Sequence record: PV660454
Source of the DNA: Escherichia phage LF82-11
Direction: 5' to 3' (one strand)
Length of the DNA stretch: 52,979 nt
The notes below the pieces were generated by a model, which did no database searches, was not told the origin of the DNA, and saw nothing but the letters and a program-made list of their open reading frames with translations. The position numbers were made by a program, and so were the translations under genes. Below are positions 52,218 to 52,979 of the stretch, piece after piece. Position 1 is the stretch's first letter. The number at the start of each line of letters is the position of its first letter.

Positions 52218-52381
52218 CGACACCTTCGCTGAGTGGTAAATTAAAAAGCGTAGACAGAAGAGGCGCTTAGAGCGCAACGGGCATCACGTTTGATGCAACT
52301 TAGTTTACAGCGTCATTGATGGCGCTTTCATTCGGTGCATAGTGGTAAGCACGCCGTAGACCCGTAAGCGGCACAAATTCA

Positions 52382-52469
52382 GGAAGGTTGGCAGAGTGGA
52401 CGATCGCGCACGGTTGCTAACCGTCAAGCCGGAAACGGCTCAAGGGTTCGAATCCCTTACCTTCCACCA
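52382..52469 (+). tRNA. tRNA-Ser (anticodon GCU), type II with long variable arm
   Basis: 7-bp acceptor stem GGAAGGT/ACCTTCC, TTGCTAA anticodon loop, GCCG-gaaa-CGGC variable arm, AAGGG-TTCGAAT-CCCTT T-arm, 3' ACCA; D-stem and anticodon stem each carry a mismatch. Confidence 0.6.
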
Positions 52470-52484
52470 ATCAAAGAGGTTTGC

Positions 52485-52664
52485 ATGTTTGATGTTAAAC
52501 TCACTATCTTGTTAATGGGGCGCTCATGCGCATCATGCAAGCAACACTTCGAGTGCACCGTTGAGGCGGAAACATCCGAAGATGCCGTGTCAAAGGCAAA
52601 GGCAATGGCGGGAGCCGATCCCACTACTCACAAGTTTTTAGTTAACTACGTAAGGAAAAAGTAA
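52485..52664 (+). CDS. small hypothetical protein
   Basis: 59 aa, RBS AGAGG; not in ORF track. Confidence 0.25.
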   Translation: MFDVKLTILLMGRSCASCKQHFECTVEAETSEDAVSKAKAMAGADPTTHKFLVNYVRKK

Positions 52665-52665
52665 A

Positions 52666-52899
52666 ATGCTGAATTCAATTTTGTTTATCGTCCTGGGTGT
52701 GATTATTGGCGTTATCGTCGTTGTTGCGTGGGCTGGCCTGTGGTCGCGAAAGCTACTGGCAAAGAACCAATTCGCCTCAGCGCGCTTCGATACGAAATCA
52801 AAAGAATGGCGCATTTGCGGCAAGTACGCAAAGATCGCACAGGAGTTGGTAGACATTCGCGAAGGACGAAAGCCTGGCGCGATTAAGTACATCGACTGA
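52666..52899 (+). CDS. N-terminally membrane-anchored small protein
   Basis: 77 aa, N-terminal hydrophobic helix ILFIVLGVIIGVIVVVAWAGLW. Confidence 0.3.
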   Translation: MLNSILFIVLGVIIGVIVVVAWAGLWSRKLLAKNQFASARFDTKSKEWRICGKYAKIAQELVDIREGRKPGAIKYID

Positions 52900-52904
52900 T
52901 AAAC

Positions 52905-52928
52905 AACCCGCTTCGGCGGGTTTTTTTG
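52905..52928 (+). terminator. rho-independent terminator
   Basis: CCCGC-ttcg-GCGGG then T7. Confidence 0.55.
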
Positions 52929-52936
52929 CGTCTGCA

Positions 52937-52979
52937 ATCTGGTATAATCGAACCTCATCAACAAAGGAGGGAAGGAACA
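52937..52979 (+). promoter_or_regulatory. extended -10 promoter and RBS for a gene beyond the window end
   Basis: cTGgTATAAT then AAGGAGGG near the window end. Confidence 0.4.

Noticed and set aside
1-52979. Lysogeny module (integrase, CI-like repressor, attachment site)
   Set aside because: No ORF shows tyrosine or serine recombinase hallmarks or a repressor-antirepressor pair; gene content matches a virulent T1-like phage. The HTH proteins present are better explained as early regulators.

Overview
The window reads as most of the genome of a virulent T1-like (Drexlerviridae-type) siphovirus of an enterobacterial host. No integrase or repressor was found. Layout: (1) 1-19.3 kb, plus strand: terminase small/large, portal, head morphogenesis, scaffold/protease, major capsid, connector and neck proteins, major tail protein, G/GT chaperone with a -1 frameshift site, tape measure, lambda-like M/L/K/I/J tail tip. 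(2) 19.3-20.7 kb, minus strand: a secreted protein and two paralogous proteins. (3) 21.2-23.5 kb, plus: exonuclease, ERF-like annealing protein, SSB. (4) 23.5-27.5 kb, minus: tail fibre with C-terminal intramolecular chaperone domain, primase, HTH protein. (5) 27.6-33.5 kb, plus: SF2 helicase, VRR-NUC nuclease, Dam methylase, HTH-metallophosphoesterase. (6) 33.6-34.7 kb: holin, SAR endolysin, unimolecular spanin. (7) 34.7-41.6 kb, minus: P-loop ATPase, compact C5-methyltransferase-like protein, about 12 small genes. (8) 41.6-42.3 kb: AT-rich iteron-rich control/ori-like region. (9) 42.3-52.9 kb, plus: about 30 small early genes, HAD phosphatase, dNMP-kinase-like protein, tRNA-Ser. The most striking signal is a promoter-like module repeated about 21 times in the early regions: a 15-bp inverted-repeat box (TAGCA-N5-TGYTA), then exactly 21-22 bp usually forming a short hairpin, then a -10-like hexamer. 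A family of small paralogous proteins is scattered through the same regions. All calls rest on reading the sequence and ORF track by eye; no database search was possible, and non-coding coordinates are approximate to a few bases.
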